64,000 nucleotides of DNA, taken from Escherichia coli. Lineage in GTDB: Bacteria > Pseudomonadota > Gammaproteobacteria > Enterobacterales > Enterobacteriaceae. A program made the translations under genes and the position numbers. The notes under the pieces are model-generated. The model worked only from the letters and a program-made list of their open reading frames with translations, was not told where the DNA came from and ran no database searches. Shown here one piece after another: positions 24,221 through 37,033 of this stretch. Positions within the stretch are counted from its first letter, which is position 1; every line of letters begins with the position of its first letter. The stretch lies in the NCBI RefSeq assembly GCF_022846255.1, contig NZ_AP025682.1; one strand, written 5' to 3'.

Positions 24221-25324
24221 TTATTTGGTTAAATTGGGGCTGCCACCACGATTTCTACGCAGTCTGCGTTTTACGCGCTTAATAAAGCGAGCAACTTTCC
24301 AGGCACGCTTAATGCAATATCCATAGAGGAAGAATGCTAGTAAAAAGAGCACCAGCATGACCCACTCCGGGACAAAATGAGAATATTCTGCCAGCACCCC
24401 AATGGAGGCGAGCAGAGCTGCGGCAAGGGTAATCAGCACAAACGCCTGGCGGGAAGTAAACCCGGCACGCATGATCAAATGGTGAATATGCTGACGGTCA
24501 GGAGAGAATGGGCTCATGCCTTTACGCAGGCGACGGTACATAATCGCCACCATATCCATTAGTGGAATGGCGATTATCCACAAAGCGGTAACCGGGCTGA
24601 TGGGATGAGTTTTGCCCTGGGTCGTTTCGAGCAGGATCCAGATAACGGTAAAACCAATCAGCGTACTGCCCGCATCCCCCATAAAGACTTTGTAGCGGCG
24701 ACCCAGGATACCAAGGTTAAGCATGATGTATGGCAGGATGGCGGCGATCATCGCAAAGCACCAGATTGCGAGACTGGTTTGCCCGTCGAACCACAAAATC
24801 ATACCGATTGCTGCAAACGAGACGCAGGACAACCCGCCCAGCAAGCCATCAATGCCATCAACCATGTTGAACGCATTAATGGCCGCCCAGACGGCAAATA
24901 GCGTCAGGAAGTAACCAAACGGTCCGAGCACCATCTCCCAGGAGCCAAAGATATAACCCAGGCTACTGAGATAAAGTTTGCCGAACACCATCATAACAAT
25001 GCCAACAGCGGCCTGTATGGTGGCACGGATTTTTACGCTGATATCAAAACGGTCATCCAGCGCGCCAATGAAAACAAGCACACCAGCACAAGCGAGATAG
25101 AGAGATGCATGCGGAATATAGTAATCAACAATTCCGAACGTGAAGCAAATCCCTGCGTAAACCGAAATCCCCCCAACGAGAGGTATCAATCCCTGGTGAC
25201 GTTTGCGGAAGTTTGGTTTATCCACTAAACCGACTTTTTTTGCCACCTTACGGGCAAAAAACAGAAACAGTGTCGTGAATAAAAAAATACTGATGAGATC
25301 AGTACTCACTGTCAGTAAATTCAC
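24221..25324 (-). CDS. wecA: UDP-GlcNAc:undecaprenyl-phosphate GlcNAc-1-phosphate transferase
   Basis: 367-aa multi-TM ORF; first gene of ECA cluster; matches WecA/Rfe. Confidence 0.94.
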   Translation of the reverse strand: MNLLTVSTDLISIFLFTTLFLFFARKVAKKVGLVDKPNFRKRHQGLIPLVGGISVYAGICFTFGIVDYYIPHASLYLACAGVLVFIGALDDRFDISVKIRATIQAAVGIVMMVFGKLYLSSLGYIFGSWEMVLGPFGYFLTLFAVWAAINAFNMVDGIDGLLGGLSCVSFAAIGMILWFDGQTSLAIWCFAMIAAILPYIMLNLGILGRRYKVFMGDAGSTLIGFTVIWILLETTQGKTHPISPVTALWIIAIPLMDMVAIMYRRLRKGMSPFSPDRQHIHHLIMRAGFTSRQAFVLITLAAALLASIGVLAEYSHFVPEWVMLVLFLLAFFLYGYCIKRAWKVARFIKRVKRRLRRNRGGSPNLTK

Positions 25325-25512
25325 AATGCATGCTCTCAGAGAAAATTATTAGCAGAAGTATAACCACGAAGACCTTTATTCAGAAGGGAAAGTCCGTTCC
25401 GAACCCACCAGCCCTGTGCAAAAATTAACCATTTGATATGCAAATTGCATAACACACCAGCAAATTCCAGGAATTTTCCTAGCATCGCCAGCGCGGCATT
25501 AAGATTACAGAT

Positions 25513-25550
25513 ATAAAAGCAAAACGCCACGTAAACACGTGGCGTTTTTG
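25513..25550. terminator. Bidirectional-looking intrinsic terminator downstream of rho
   Basis: Hairpin aacgccacgt-aaac-acgtggcgtt flanked by A-run on one side and T-run on the other, 14 nt after rho stop. Confidence 0.65.
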
Positions 25551-25563
25551 GCATAAGACAAAT

Positions 25564-26823
25564 TTATGAGCGTTTCATCATTTCGAAGAAATCGTCATTG
25601 GTCTTGGTCATTGCCAGTTTATTAATGAGGAATTCCATTGCATCGATTTCGCCCATCGGGTGAATGATTTTGCGCAGGATCCACATTTTCTGCAGTTCTT
25701 CCTGAGTCGTGAGCAGCTCTTCTTTACGGGTACCGGAACGGTTGTAGTCGATAGCCGGGAAGACGCGTTTTTCAGCGATCTTACGAGAGAGGTGCAGTTC
25801 CATGTTGCCTGTACCTTTAAACTCTTCGTAGATAACTTCGTCCATTTTAGAACCGGTATCGATAAGCGCCGTCGCGATAATGGTCAGGCTGCCGCCCTCT
25901 TCCACGTTACGCGCCGCACCAAAGAAGCGTTTCGGACGATGCAGAGCATTGGCATCCACACCACCGGTCAACACTTTACCTGACGCCGGAACAACGGTGT
26001 TGTAAGCGCGCGCCAGACGAGTGATGGAGTCGAGCAGAATGATAACGTCTTTCTTGTGCTCAACCAGGCGTTTCGCCTTCTCGATCACCATTTCCGCAAC
26101 CTGAACGTGGCGAGATGCGGGTTCGTCAAAGGTAGAAGCAACAACTTCACCTTTTACCAGACGCTGCATCTCGGTTACTTCTTCCGGACGTTCGTCGATC
26201 AGCAGAACCATCAGCACACAATCCGGGTGGTTGTAAGCAATGCTCTGAGCAATGTTCTGCAGCAGCATGGTTTTACCGGCTTTCGGCGGTGCCACAATCA
26301 GACCACGCTGACCACGACCGATAGGTGATGCCAAGTCCAGTACGCGAGCGGTTAAATCTTCAGTAGAACCGTTACCACGTTCCATGCGCAGACGAGAGTT
26401 TGCGTGCAGCGGGGTTAAGTTCTCAAAGAGGATTTTGTTGCGGGCGTTTTCAGGTTTGTCGAAGTTAACTTCGTTAACTTTCAGCAGCGCAAAATAGCGT
26501 TCACCTTCTTTCGGCGGGCGAATCTTACCAGAGATGGTATCACCAGTGCGGAGGTTGAAACGGCGGATTTGGCTAGGGGAAACGTAGATGTCATCAGGAC
26601 CGGCGAGGTAGGAGCTGTCTGCGGAACGGAGGAAACCAAATCCATCCTGCAATATCTCCAGTACGCCATCACCAAAGATATCTTCGCCACTCTTTGCGTG
26701 CTGCTTCAGGATGGCAAAAATAATGTCCTGCTTACGCATACGAGCCAGGTTTTCCAGCCCCATATTTTCGCCGAGAGTGATCAGCTCAGAAACCGGCGTA
26801 TTCTTTAATTCGGTAAGATTCAT
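25564..26823 (-). CDS. rho: Transcription termination factor Rho
   Basis: ORF 25564..26895; start at [22 protein letters not shown] (419 aa); Walker A GKT motif present. Confidence 0.97.
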
Positions 26824-26907
26824 AGTGGTGTGAGTTCTTAAACTTGGGGTAAATCTCGAACTTAATGTTGTGAATGGTATGGCAGGATCATCCATGCCTG
26901 TTTACGG

Positions 26908-27009
26908 TCATCGACTCATGTCTTTTCGCTGCCTGGTCACAGGAGAGTACGCAGAACTGAAACGACAAGACGGATTGAGTGACGAGCCAGAAATCTGTTC
27001 ACTTCGCAT
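26908..27009 (-). CDS. rhoL: rho operon leader peptide
   Basis: Minus-strand translation gives MRSEQISGSSLNPSCRFSSAYSPVTRQRKDMSR*, matching recalled RhoL (33 aa); lies in the rho leader. Confidence 0.8.
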   Translation of the reverse strand: MRSEQISGSSLNPSCRFSSAYSPVTRQRKDMSR

Positions 27010-27149
27010 TTAAGATAAAACGGGAAGCGTTGGAAATTACAAGATTCAAACTTAATAAGGTATGTTTAATACGAAGTCAACACTAAGTTAGCATGACTCA
27101 CGCCGGGCGTCCAGTTTTTAGCGACGGGGCACCCGAACATGAAATTCCC

Positions 27150-27479
27150 TTACGCCAGGTTAGCGTCGAGGAACTCTTTCAACTGACCTTTAGACAGTGC
27201 GCCCACTTTGGTTGCCGCCACTTCACCGTTTTTGAACAGCAGCAGAGTCGGGATACCACGGATGCCATATTTCGGCGCAGTGCCAGGGTTTTGATCGATG
27301 TTCAGTTTTGCAACGGTCAGTTTGCCCTGATATTCGTCAGCGATTTCATCCAGAATCGGGGCGATCATTTTGCACGGACCGCACCACTCTGCCCAGAAAT
27401 CGACGAGGATCGCCCCGTCCGCTTTGAGTACATCCGTGTCAAAACTGTCGTCAGTCAGGTGAATAATTTTATCGCTCAT
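27150..27479 (-). CDS. trxA: Thioredoxin 1
   Basis: ORF 27150..27584; start at [18 protein letters not shown] (109 aa); WCGPC active site. Confidence 0.96.
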
Positions 27480-27609
27480 ATATAACTCCACAGGAATAAG
27501 CCTGGCGTGTTGGTTTCGTTGTTGGTGTAACATTAACCAACTAAAGGTTGACTTTATTTCACCGGATACGCTTTCGTAAAGCAATAGTAAGCTGATATTC
27601 TACCACACT

Positions 27610-28875
27610 ATGAGCAAAACACATTTAACAGAACAGAAGTTTTCCGACTTCGCCCTGCATCCGAAGGTTGTAGAAGCCCTTGAAAAAAAAGGGTTTCATA
27701 ACTGTACGCCCATTCAGGCACTGGCCCTTCCGCTGACGCTGGCGGGTCGTGACGTAGCCGGGCAGGCGCAAACCGGTACCGGGAAAACGATGGCGTTTCT
27801 TACGTCAACGTTTCATTATCTTCTCTCTCATCCCGCGATTGCCGATCGCAAGGTGAATCAGCCGCGTGCCTTAATTATGGCACCGACGCGTGAACTTGCC
27901 GTGCAGATCCACGCCGACGCGGAACCGCTGGCGGAAGCTACCGGCCTGAAGCTGGGTCTGGCTTACGGTGGTGATGGCTACGACAAACAGCTGAAAGTGC
28001 TGGAAAGCGGCGTTGACATTCTGATTGGCACCACGGGTCGTTTAATTGACTACGCCAAGCAGAACCACATTAACCTCGGTGCCATTCAGGTGGTGGTACT
28101 GGACGAAGCCGATCGCATGTACGATCTGGGCTTTATTAAAGATATCCGCTGGCTGTTCCGCCGTATGCCGCCTGCAAACCAGCGCCTCAACATGCTGTTC
28201 TCCGCCACGCTTTCGTACCGGGTACGTGAACTGGCGTTCGAGCAGATGAACAATGCCGAATATATTGAAGTGGAACCGGAACAGAAAACGGGCCACCGTA
28301 TTAAAGAAGAGCTTTTCTACCCTTCTAACGAAGAAAAAATGCGTTTGCTGCAAACGCTGATCGAAGAAGAGTGGCCAGACAGAGCGATTATTTTCGCCAA
28401 CACCAAACACCGTTGTGAAGAGATCTGGGGCCACCTGGCGGCAGATGGTCATCGTGTCGGTTTGTTGACAGGCGATGTCGCGCAGAAAAAACGTCTGCGT
28501 ATTCTTGATGAATTTACCCGTGGTGATTTGGATATTCTGGTTGCCACCGATGTTGCCGCGCGTGGCCTGCATATCCCGGCTGTGACGCACGTCTTTAACT
28601 ACGATTTACCCGATGACTGTGAAGATTACGTTCACCGTATTGGTCGTACAGGTCGCGCTGGCGCAAGTGGTCATTCCATCAGCCTGGCATGTGAAGAGTA
28701 TGCATTGAATTTGCCTGCTATTGAGACCTATATTGGTCACTCAATTCCGGTAAGCAAATACAATCCGGACGCATTGATGACCGATCTGCCAAAACCGCTG
28801 CGCCTCACGCGCCCGCGTACAGGCAATGGTCCGCGTCGTACTGGTGCTCCGCGTAATCGTCGTCGTTCAGGTTAA
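27610..28875 (+). CDS. rhlB: ATP-dependent RNA helicase RhlB (DEAD-box)
   Basis: 421-aa ORF; GKT, DEAD and SAT motifs; matches RhlB. Confidence 0.95.
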
Positions 28876-29008
28876 ATAAAATGTCATACTCAAAATCATT
28901 CAAACTGTATCAAGATGGCAAGAGAATGAATCCCGATGCGCATGCTGTAGTAAGTGATTTGGGTGAAAGAACGCAGCCAACACAGAGACAGATTGAAGGA
29001 TGAAGAGT

Positions 29009-30493
29009 ATGGGTTCCACCTCGTCGCTGTATGCAGCCATTGATCTCGGTTCGAATAGTTTTCATATGCTGGTTGTGCGCGAGGTGGCTGGAAGCATCCA
29101 GACGCTGACGCGAATTAAACGCAAAGTGCGTCTGGCTGCTGGCCTGAATAGCGAAAATGCCCTGTCTAATGAAGCAATGGAGCGCGGTTGGCAATGTCTG
29201 CGCCTGTTTGCTGAACGTCTGCAAGATATCCCTCCCTCGCAAATTCGCGTTGTCGCTACGGCGACATTACGACTAGCCGTCAATGCGGGTGATTTTATCG
29301 CCAAAGCACAGGAAATCCTTGGCTGCCCGGTACAAGTCATCAGCGGTGAAGAAGAAGCCCGCCTGATTTATCAGGGGGTGGCCCACACAACAGGCGGTGC
29401 CGATCAGCGCCTGGTGGTGGATATAGGCGGTGCCAGTACTGAACTGGTAACCGGCACGGGTGCACAAACCACCTCGTTGTTCAGCCTGTCGATGGGCTGC
29501 GTCACCTGGCTGGAACGCTATTTTGCCGATCGTAATCTGGGGCAGGAAAATTTTGATGCTGCAGAAAAAGCGGCACGCGAAGTGTTACGTCCGGTTGCCG
29601 ATGAATTACGGTATCACGGCTGGAAAGTGTGCGTTGGCGCTTCCGGCACCGTGCAGGCGTTACAGGAAATCATGATGGCACAGGGGATGGATGAACGCAT
29701 TACCCTGGAAAAGTTGCAGCAACTGAAACAGCGAGCCATTCATTGCGGTCGGCTGGAGGAACTGGAGATTGACGGGCTGACGCTGGAACGTGCGTTAGTG
29801 TTCCCGAGTGGTCTGGCAATCCTGATAGCCATTTTTACCGAACTGAATATTCAGTGTATGACCCTGGCGGGTGGTGCGCTGCGTGAAGGCCTGGTCTACG
29901 GCATGTTGCATCTGACCGTCGAGCAGGATATTCGCAGCCGTACGCTGCGTAATATTCAGCGCCGCTTTATGATCGATATTGATCAGGCACAGCGCGTAGC
30001 CAAAGTTGCGGCTAACTTCTTCGATCAGGTGAAAAACGAATGGCATCTTGAAGCAATAAGCCGCGATTTGCTCATCAGCGCCTGCCAGCTTCATGAAATC
30101 GGCCTGAGCGTTGACTTCAAACAAGCGCCGCAACACGCTGCTTATCTGGTACATAATCTGGATCTTCCCGGTTTTACCCCCGCACAGAAAAAACTGCTGG
30201 CGACGCTACTGCTCAACCAGACTAACCCGGTCGATCTCTCATCGCTGCATCAGCAAAATGCCGTACCGCCGCGCGTCGCAGAACAACTCTGCCGTTTACT
30301 CCGCCTGGCCATCATTTTTGCCAGCCGTCGTCGTGACGATCTCGTGCCAGAGATGACATTACAGGCTAACCATGAACTGTTGACCTTGACGCTTCCGCAA
30401 GGTTGGTTAACCCAACATCCGCTGGGTAAAGAGATTATTGCTCAGGAAAGCCAGTGGCAGAGCTATGTCCACTGGCCGCTGGAAGTGCATTAA
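29009..30493 (+). CDS. gppA: Guanosine pentaphosphate phosphohydrolase / exopolyphosphatase
   Basis: ORF 29000..30493; start at [22 protein letters not shown] (494 aa); Ppx/GppA family. Confidence 0.93.
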   Translation: MGSTSSLYAAIDLGSNSFHMLVVREVAGSIQTLTRIKRKVRLAAGLNSENALSNEAMERGWQCLRLFAERLQDIPPSQIRVVATATLRLAVNAGDFIAKAQEILGCPVQVISGEEEARLIYQGVAHTTGGADQRLVVDIGGASTELVTGTGAQTTSLFSLSMGCVTWLERYFADRNLGQENFDAAEKAAREVLRPVADELRYHGWKVCVGASGTVQALQEIMMAQGMDERITLEKLQQLKQRAIHCGRLEELEIDGLTLERALVFPSGLAILIAIFTELNIQCMTLAGGALREGLVYGMLHLTVEQDIRSRTLRNIQRRFMIDIDQAQRVAKVAANFFDQVKNEWHLEAISRDLLISACQLHEIGLSVDFKQAPQHAAYLVHNLDLPGFTPAQKKLLATLLLNQTNPVDLSSLHQQNAVPPRVAEQLCRLLRLAIIFASRRRDDLVPEMTLQANHELLTLTLPQGWLTQHPLGKEIIAQESQWQSYVHWPLEVH

Positions 30494-30502
30494 TGAGTAA
30501 GT

Positions 30503-30535
30503 GCCGGATGCGATGCTGACGCATCTTTTCCGGCC
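30503..30535. repeat. REP-like palindromic element between gppA and rep
   Basis: gccggatgcgatgctgacgcatc...ccggcc, REP consensus. Confidence 0.55.
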
Positions 30536-30539
30536 TTGA

Positions 30540-32561
30540 TTATTTCCCTCGTTTTGCCGCCATCATAGCTTTCAGATTCGCCAGATGGCTTTGCCCTTTC
30601 TGCATCCGTTCTTCGGCGCTGACCACTTTGCGCTCCTGTTCCCAAATCAGATCATCCTGCGGCAGCTCCAGCAAAAAGCGGCTCGGCTCCGGGCGCACCA
30701 GTTCGCCGTACTGACGGCGTTCTTTACACAGCGTAAAGGTCAATTCCTTCTGGGCGCGGGTAATGCCGACATAGGCCAGCCGCCGCTCCTCATCGATATT
30801 ATCTTCATCGATGCTGCTCTGGTGCGGCAAAAACCCCTCTTCCATACCGACCATGTAGACATAAGGAAACTCCAGCCCTTTCGACGCGTGGAGAGTCATC
30901 AGTTGCACCTGATCCAGCTCTTCTTCACTCTCACCACGCTCCATCATGTCGCGCAAAGTAAAGCGCGTCACCACCTGGGTGAGCGTCATCGGCTCATCCA
31001 GTTCGCTGCCTTCCAGCATCTCCGTCATCCAGCTAAACAGTTGGTTGACGTTCTTCATGCGCATTTCGGCGGCTTTCGGGCTGGGCGATGTTTCGTACAG
31101 CCAGGATTCATAATCCATGCCGTGGATCAGATCACGCACCGCGGCAATCGGCTCCCGCTCCGCCAGACGCTGGATTTCTGCCAACCAGTGAGTGAAGCGG
31201 GTCAATGCTTCATAACCACGTCCGCTAAGCGTCTGACTCAGGCCCATATCAAAGCTGGCGGTAAACATGCTTTTATTGCGCGTCATCGCCCATTCACCCA
31301 ACTTTTTCAGCGTCGCCGGGCCAATCTCTCGCTTCGGCGTGTTAACGATACGCAGGAACGCACTATCATCGTCCGGGTTAGTCAGCACGCGCAGATAAGC
31401 CAGCAAGTCCTTGATTTCAGGACGAGAGAAAAACGACGTACCACCAGAAATTTTGTACGGGATGCGGTTTTGCATCAGGAATTTTTCAAACACCCGCGAC
31501 TGATGGTTACCGCGATAAAGAATGGCGTAATCTTTGTACTGCGTTTTATTGACGAAGTGATGGGCGATCAGCTCGCCGGTGACGCGCTCGGCTTCATGTT
31601 CCTCGTTATTCGCGCTTAAAACTTTTAGCTCTGTGCCGTAACCCAGTTCGGAGAACAGACGCTTTTCAAAGACGTGCGGATTATTGGCGATCAGGATGTT
31701 CGCCGCTTTCAAAATACGTCCGGAAGAGCGGTAGTTCTGCTCAAGCTTAATCACCTTCAGCGCCGGAAAATCCTGACTCAGCAGCACCAGGTTTTGCGGA
31801 CGTGCGCCGCGCCAGGAGTAGATCGACTGGTCATCGTCACCCACCACGGTAAAGCGCGCGCGGCTGCCCACCAGCAGTTTCACCAGCTCATACTGGCTGG
31901 TGTTGGTGTCCTGATATTCGTCCACCAGCAGGTAGCGAATTTTGTTCTGCCAGCGCTCGCGGACTTCTTCATTGCGTTGCAGAAGTAGCGTCGGCAATAA
32001 AATCAGATCATCGAAGTCGAGAACGTTACAGGCTTTCAGGTGTGCATCATACAGCCCATAACAATGGGCAAAAATACGGTCCCGCTCGCCCTTTGCCTCT
32101 GCCGCCGCCTGCGCCGGTGTTTTGAGATCGTTCTTCCAGTTGGAGATGGTCGAAATTAGCTGTTGCAGGAGAACTTTGTCATCTTCAATCAGCCCCTCGG
32201 TCAACTCTTTAAGCAAAGCAAGCTGATCGGTATCGTCAAACAGCGAAAAGTTAGCCTTCATCCCCAGCGCCGCATACTCGCGTTTGATGATATCCAGCCC
32301 CAGCGTGTGGAAGGTGGAGATCATCAGCCCACGCGCCTCTTTGCGCCCCAGCGTCTGCCCGACACGCTCTTTCATCTCGCGTGCCGCCTTATTGGTAAAG
32401 GTCACCGCCGCGATATGTCGCGCCTGATAACCGCAACCGCGGATCAGATGGGCGATTTTATTGGTGATAACACGAGTTTTACCGGAACCCGCGCCCGCCA
32501 GCACCAGGCAGGGGCCGGTAACGAATTCGACAGCTTGTTGTTGGCCGGGGTTTAGACGCAT
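30540..32561 (-). CDS. rep: ATP-dependent DNA helicase Rep (SF1)
   Basis: ORF 30540..32576; start at [29 protein letters not shown] (673 aa); Walker A present. Confidence 0.95.
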   Translation of the reverse strand: MRLNPGQQQAVEFVTGPCLVLAGAGSGKTRVITNKIAHLIRGCGYQARHIAAVTFTNKAAREMKERVGQTLGRKEARGLMISTFHTLGLDIIKREYAALGMKANFSLFDDTDQLALLKELTEGLIEDDKVLLQQLISTISNWKNDLKTPAQAAAEAKGERDRIFAHCYGLYDAHLKACNVLDFDDLILLPTLLLQRNEEVRERWQNKIRYLLVDEYQDTNTSQYELVKLLVGSRARFTVVGDDDQSIYSWRGARPQNLVLLSQDFPALKVIKLEQNYRSSGRILKAANILIANNPHVFEKRLFSELGYGTELKVLSANNEEHEAERVTGELIAHHFVNKTQYKDYAILYRGNHQSRVFEKFLMQNRIPYKISGGTSFFSRPEIKDLLAYLRVLTNPDDDSAFLRIVNTPKREIGPATLKKLGEWAMTRNKSMFTASFDMGLSQTLSGRGYEALTRFTHWLAEIQRLAEREPIAAVRDLIHGMDYESWLYETSPSPKAAEMRMKNVNQLFSWMTEMLEGSELDEPMTLTQVVTRFTLRDMMERGESEEELDQVQLMTLHASKGLEFPYVYMVGMEEGFLPHQSSIDEDNIDEERRLAYVGITRAQKELTFTLCKERRQYGELVRPEPSRFLLELPQDDLIWEQERKVVSAEERMQKGQSHLANLKAMMAAKRGK

Positions 32562-32599
32562 AGGAAAATCGCTCAATGAAAGTCGGGAGGGGAAAATAA

Positions 32600-32929
<330 letters not shown>

Positions 32930-32933
32930 CAGC

Positions 32934-32958
32934 AAGGCCTTCTCCGGGAGAAGGCCTT
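32934..32958. other. GC-rich hairpin between convergent ppiC and ilvC (possible bidirectional terminator, no clear U-tract)
   Basis: aaggccttctc-cggga-gagaaggcctt inverted repeat. Confidence 0.35.
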
Positions 32959-32974
32959 GAACTCTGAATCGCTA

Positions 32975-34450
32975 TTAACCCGCAACAGCAATACGTTTCA
33001 TATCCGTCATATAGCCGCGCAGTTTCTTACCTACCTGCTCAATCGCATGGCTGCGAATCGCTTCATTTACATCACGCAGCTGCGCGTTATCTACCGCACC
33101 TTCCGGAATAGCTTTACCCAGGTCGCCCGGTTGCAGCTCTGCCATAAACGGTTTCAGCAGCGGCACACAAGCGTAAGAGAACAGATAGTTACCGTACTCG
33201 GCAGTATCGGAGATAACCACGTTCATTTCGTACAGACGCTTACGGGCGATGGTGTTGGCAATCAGCGGCAGTTCGTGCAGTGATTCATAGTAAGCAGATT
33301 CTTCGATGATGCCGGAATCAACCATGGTTTCAAACGCCAACTCAACGCCTGCTTTTACCATCGCGATCATCAGTACGCCTTTATCGAAGTACTCCTGTTC
33401 GCCGATTTTGCCTTCATACTGCGGCGCGGTTTCGAATGCGGTTTTGCCAGTCTCTTCACGCCAGGTCAGCAGTTTCTTATCGTCGTTGGCCCAGTCAGCC
33501 ATCATGCCGGAGGAGAATTCGCCGGAGATGATGTCGTCCATATGTTTCTGGAACAGCGGCGCCATGATCTCTTTCAGTTGCTCAGAGAGCGCGTAAGCAC
33601 GCAGTTTCGCCGGGTTAGAAAGACGGTCCATCATCAGGGTGATGCCGCCCTGTTTCAGCGCTTCGGTGATGGTTTCCCAACCGAACTGAATCAGTTTTTC
33701 TGCGTATGCCGGGTCGGTGCCTTCTTCCACCAGCTTGTCGAAGCACAGCAGAGAACCAGCTTGCAACATACCGCACAGGATGGTTTGCTCGCCCATCAGG
33801 TCAGATTTCACTTCCGCAACGAAAGAGGATTCCAGCACGCCCGCACGGTGACCGCCGGTTGCAGCCGCCCATGCTTTAGCGATCGCCATGCCTTCGCCTT
33901 TCGGATCGTTTTCCGGGTGAACGGCAATCAGCGTCGGTACGCCGAATCCACGTTTGTACTCTTCACGTACTTCGGTGCCAGGGCATTTCGGCGCAACCAT
34001 TACGACGGTGATGTCTTTACGGATCTGCTCGCCCACTTCGACGATGTTGAAACCGTGTGAGTAACCCAGCGCCGCGCCGTCTTTCATCAGTGGCTGTACG
34101 GTGCGCACTACATCAGAGTGCTGCTTGTCCGGCGTCAGGTTAACCACCAGATCCGCCTGCGGGATCAGTTCTTCGTAAGTACCCACTTTAAAACCATTTT
34201 CGGTTGCTTTACGCCAGGATGCGCGCTTCTCGGCAATCGCTTCTTTACGCAGAGCGTAAGAAATATCCAGACCAGAATCACGCATGTTCAGGCCCTGGTT
34301 CAGCCCCTGTGCGCCACAGCCGACGATGACTACTTTTTTACCCTGAAGGTAGCTCGCGCCATCGGCGAATTCATCGCGCCCCATAAAGCGACATTTGCCC
34401 AGCTGTGCCAGCTGCTGGCGCAGATTCAGTGTATTGAAGTAGTTAGCCAT
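32975..34450 (-). CDS. ilvC: Ketol-acid reductoisomerase (NADP+)
   Basis: ORF 32975..34672; start at [23 protein letters not shown] (491 aa). Confidence 0.95.
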   Translation of the reverse strand: MANYFNTLNLRQQLAQLGKCRFMGRDEFADGASYLQGKKVVIVGCGAQGLNQGLNMRDSGLDISYALRKEAIAEKRASWRKATENGFKVGTYEELIPQADLVVNLTPDKQHSDVVRTVQPLMKDGAALGYSHGFNIVEVGEQIRKDITVVMVAPKCPGTEVREEYKRGFGVPTLIAVHPENDPKGEGMAIAKAWAAATGGHRAGVLESSFVAEVKSDLMGEQTILCGMLQAGSLLCFDKLVEEGTDPAYAEKLIQFGWETITEALKQGGITLMMDRLSNPAKLRAYALSEQLKEIMAPLFQKHMDDIISGEFSSGMMADWANDDKKLLTWREETGKTAFETAPQYEGKIGEQEYFDKGVLMIAMVKAGVELAFETMVDSGIIEESAYYESLHELPLIANTIARKRLYEMNVVISDTAEYGNYLFSYACVPLLKPFMAELQPGDLGKAIPEGAVDNAQLRDVNEAIRSHAIEQVGKKLRGYMTDMKRIAVAG

Positions 34451-34599
34451 GGTGATTCCTCGTGATGTTGTGCTTCTTATTGTTCGGTTCGCGTTTGCGA
34501 GATTGAATTCACTATATGACAGGAAATTTATTGCGGAAATTGATATATTCACAACGTCACATTGCAATTTTTGCAACGTCAACATTGAGGGCTGCGCCA
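34451..34599. promoter_or_regulatory. ilvC-ilvY divergent promoter/operator region (IlvY operator sites expected)
   Basis: 149-bp gap between divergent ilvC ATG and proposed ilvY start; by analogy with the known IlvY-regulated ilvC promoter. Confidence 0.45.
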
Positions 34600-35490
34600 T
34601 TGGATTTACGCGATCTGAAAACCTTCCTGCATCTGGCGGAAAGCCGCCATTTTGGCCGCAGCGCGCGGGCAATGCACGTTAGCCCGTCTACGCTTTCGCG
34701 ACAAATACAGCGCCTGGAAGACGATCTCGGTCAGCCGCTGTTTGTGCGTGATAACCGCACGGTAACGCTGACGGAAGCGGGCGAAGAACTGCGCGTTTTC
34801 GCCCAGCAAACGCTGTTGCAGTATCAGCAACTGCGCCACACCATCGATCAGCAAGGGCCGTCGCTCTCTGGCGAATTACATATCTTCTGCTCGGTGACCG
34901 CTGCCTACAGCCATCTGCCGCCGATTCTCGATCGCTTCCGCGCGGAACACCCGTCGGTGGAGATTAAACTCACGACTGGTGATGCGGCAGATGCGATGGA
35001 AAAGGTCGTCACTGGCGAAGCGGATCTGGCGATTGCCGGGAAACCGGAGACTCTGCCCGGCGCAGTGGCATTTTCGATGCTGGAGAATCTGGCAGTAGTG
35101 CTGATTGCCCCCGCGCTACCCTGCCCGGTGCGTAACCAAGTTTCGGCAGAGAAGCCGGACTGGTCTACAGTGCCGTTTATCATGGCCGATCAGGGACCGG
35201 TGCGCCGGCGCATTGAACTGTGGTTTCGACGCAACAAAATCAGCAACCCGATGATTTACGCCACGGTCGGCGGGCATGAAGCGATGGTGTCGATGGTAGC
35301 GCTCGGCTGTGGCGTGGCATTGTTGCCGGAAGTGGTGCTGGAAAACAGCCCGGAACCGGTGCGTAACCGCGTGATGATTTTAGAGCGCAGTGATGAAAAA
35401 ACGCCGTTTGAGCTGGGCGTGTGCGTACAAAAAAAGCGGCTTCATGAGCCGCTGATTGAGGCGTTCTGGAAGATTTTGCCGAACCACTAA
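34600..35490 (+). CDS. ilvY: LysR-family transcriptional activator of ilvC
   Basis: ORF 34516..35490; recalled IlvY begins [19 protein letters not shown], which aligns with a TTG at 34600; N-terminal HTH; start uncertain (in-frame ATG at 34516). Confidence 0.8.
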   Translation: MDLRDLKTFLHLAESRHFGRSARAMHVSPSTLSRQIQRLEDDLGQPLFVRDNRTVTLTEAGEELRVFAQQTLLQYQQLRHTIDQQGPSLSGELHIFCSVTAAYSHLPPILDRFRAEHPSVEIKLTTGDAADAMEKVVTGEADLAIAGKPETLPGAVAFSMLENLAVVLIAPALPCPVRNQVSAEKPDWSTVPFIMADQGPVRRRIELWFRRNKISNPMIYATVGGHEAMVSMVALGCGVALLPEVVLENSPEPVRNRVMILERSDEKTPFELGVCVQKKRLHEPLIEAFWKILPNH

Positions 35491-37031
35491 CCCGCCAAAA
35501 AGAACCTGAACGCCGGGTTATTGGTTTCGTCGTGGCAATCGTAGCCCAGTTCATTCAGCCGGGTTTCAAAATCCGGTTCATGATCGCCAAGCTCGAACGC
35601 CGCCAGTACGCGCCCGTAGTCGGTGCCATGGCTGCGATAGTGGAACAAAGAAATGTTCCAGTGCGTACCCAGCGTGTTGAGGAAGCGCAACAGCGCGCCC
35701 GGTGATTCCGGGAATTCGAAGCTGTAGAGGCGTTCCTGCAACGGATGCGATGGACGCCCGCCAACCATATAGCGCACATGTAGCTTCGCCATTTCGTCGT
35801 CGGAGAGATCAACCACGCTGTAGCCGCCGTCGTTGAGCATCTGCAAAATTTCTTTGCGCTCTTCGAGACCGCGGCTCAGGCGCACGCCGACAAAAATGCA
35901 GGCGTTTTTGGCATCAGCAAAGCGGTAGTTGAACTCGGTGACCGAGCGCCCACCAAGTAACTGGCAGAATTTGAGGAAGCTGCCCTTTTCTTCCGGAATG
36001 GTCACCGCCAGTAACGCTTCACGCTGTTCGCCCAGTTCGCAGCGTTCCGAGACGTAGCGCAGACCGTGAAAGTTCACGTTGGCACCGGAAAGAATATGCG
36101 CCAGCCGTTCACCGCGAATGTTGTGTTGGGCGATGTATTTTTTCATCCCCGCCAGCGCCAGCGCGCCGGAGGGTTCCGCCACCGCGCGCACATCTTCGAA
36201 CAGGTCTTTCATCGCCGCACATATGGCATCGCTATCGACGGTGATGATGTCGTCGAGATACTCCTGGCATAAACGGAAGGTTTCATCGCCGATGCGTTTT
36301 ACCGCGACGCCTTCGGCGAACAGCCCCACACGCGGCAGATCAACAGGATGACCGGCATCCAGCGCCGCTTTCAGACAGGCGGAGTCTTCCGCTTCCACGG
36401 CGATCACTTTGATTTGCGGCATCAGTTGTTTGATCAACACCGCCACGCCCGCCGCCAGGCCGCCGCCGCCGACCGGCACAAATACGCGGTCGAGATGAGC
36501 ATCCTGCTGGAGTAGTTCCAGCGCCAGCGTCCCTTGCCCGGCGATCACCATCGGATGGTCGAACGGCGGCACCCAGGTGAAGCCCTGCTGCTGCGACAGT
36601 TCAATCGCTTTGGCTTTCGCTTCATCAAAATTCGCGCCATGAAGCAGCACTTCGCCGCCAAAGCCGCGCACCGCATCAACTTTGATGTCGGCGGTGGCGG
36701 TTGGCATGACGATCAGTGCCTTCACGCCTAACCGTGCGGAAGAAAACGCGACGCCCTGCGCGTGGTTACCCGCAGAAGCGGTAATCACGCCGTGCGCTTT
36801 TTGTTCTTCCGTCAGGCCCGCCATCATGGCGTATGCGCCACGAAGCTTAAAGCTGTGCACTGGCTGGCGATCTTCGCGCTTCACCAGAATCACGTTATCA
36901 AGACGCGACGACAGTTTTTCCATTTTCTGTAGCGGCGTGACCTGCGCCGCTTCGTAGACCGGCGCGCGCAGCACCGCTCTTAAATATTCGGCACCTTCAG
37001 GGGCACCGGACAGGGGTTGTGAGTCTGCCAT
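35487..37031 (-). CDS. ilvA: Threonine deaminase (biosynthetic threonine dehydratase)
   Basis: ORF 35487..37034; start at second Met MADSQPLSGAPEGAEYLRAVL (514 aa); stop codon overlaps ilvY stop. Confidence 0.95.
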   Translation of the reverse strand: MADSQPLSGAPEGAEYLRAVLRAPVYEAAQVTPLQKMEKLSSRLDNVILVKREDRQPVHSFKLRGAYAMMAGLTEEQKAHGVITASAGNHAQGVAFSSARLGVKALIVMPTATADIKVDAVRGFGGEVLLHGANFDEAKAKAIELSQQQGFTWVPPFDHPMVIAGQGTLALELLQQDAHLDRVFVPVGGGGLAAGVAVLIKQLMPQIKVIAVEAEDSACLKAALDAGHPVDLPRVGLFAEGVAVKRIGDETFRLCQEYLDDIITVDSDAICAAMKDLFEDVRAVAEPSGALALAGMKKYIAQHNIRGERLAHILSGANVNFHGLRYVSERCELGEQREALLAVTIPEEKGSFLKFCQLLGGRSVTEFNYRFADAKNACIFVGVRLSRGLEERKEILQMLNDGGYSVVDLSDDEMAKLHVRYMVGGRPSHPLQERLYSFEFPESPGALLRFLNTLGTHWNISLFHYRSHGTDYGRVLAAFELGDHEPDFETRLNELGYDCHDETNNPAFRFFLAG

Positions 37032-37033
37032 CA

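Noticed and set aside
12544-25324. Possibility that the wec polysaccharide cluster is a horizontally acquired O-antigen or capsule island
   Set aside because: Gene content and order are exactly those of the conserved enterobacterial common antigen locus, and it is flanked by the core genes yifK and rho with no mobility genes.
25336-25554. 72-aa minus-strand ORF between rho and wecA
   Set aside because: It runs through the rho terminator hairpin and the wec promoter region. It has no SD-like sequence and no protein-like composition.
27093-27149. Candidate trxA terminator hairpin downstream of the trxA stop
   Set aside because: I could not find a clean stem followed by a U-tract on the minus strand; the evidence is too weak to call.
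28910-29242. 110-aa minus-strand ORF between rhlB and gppA
   Set aside because: It is antisense to the gppA 5' end and promoter, with no supporting features.
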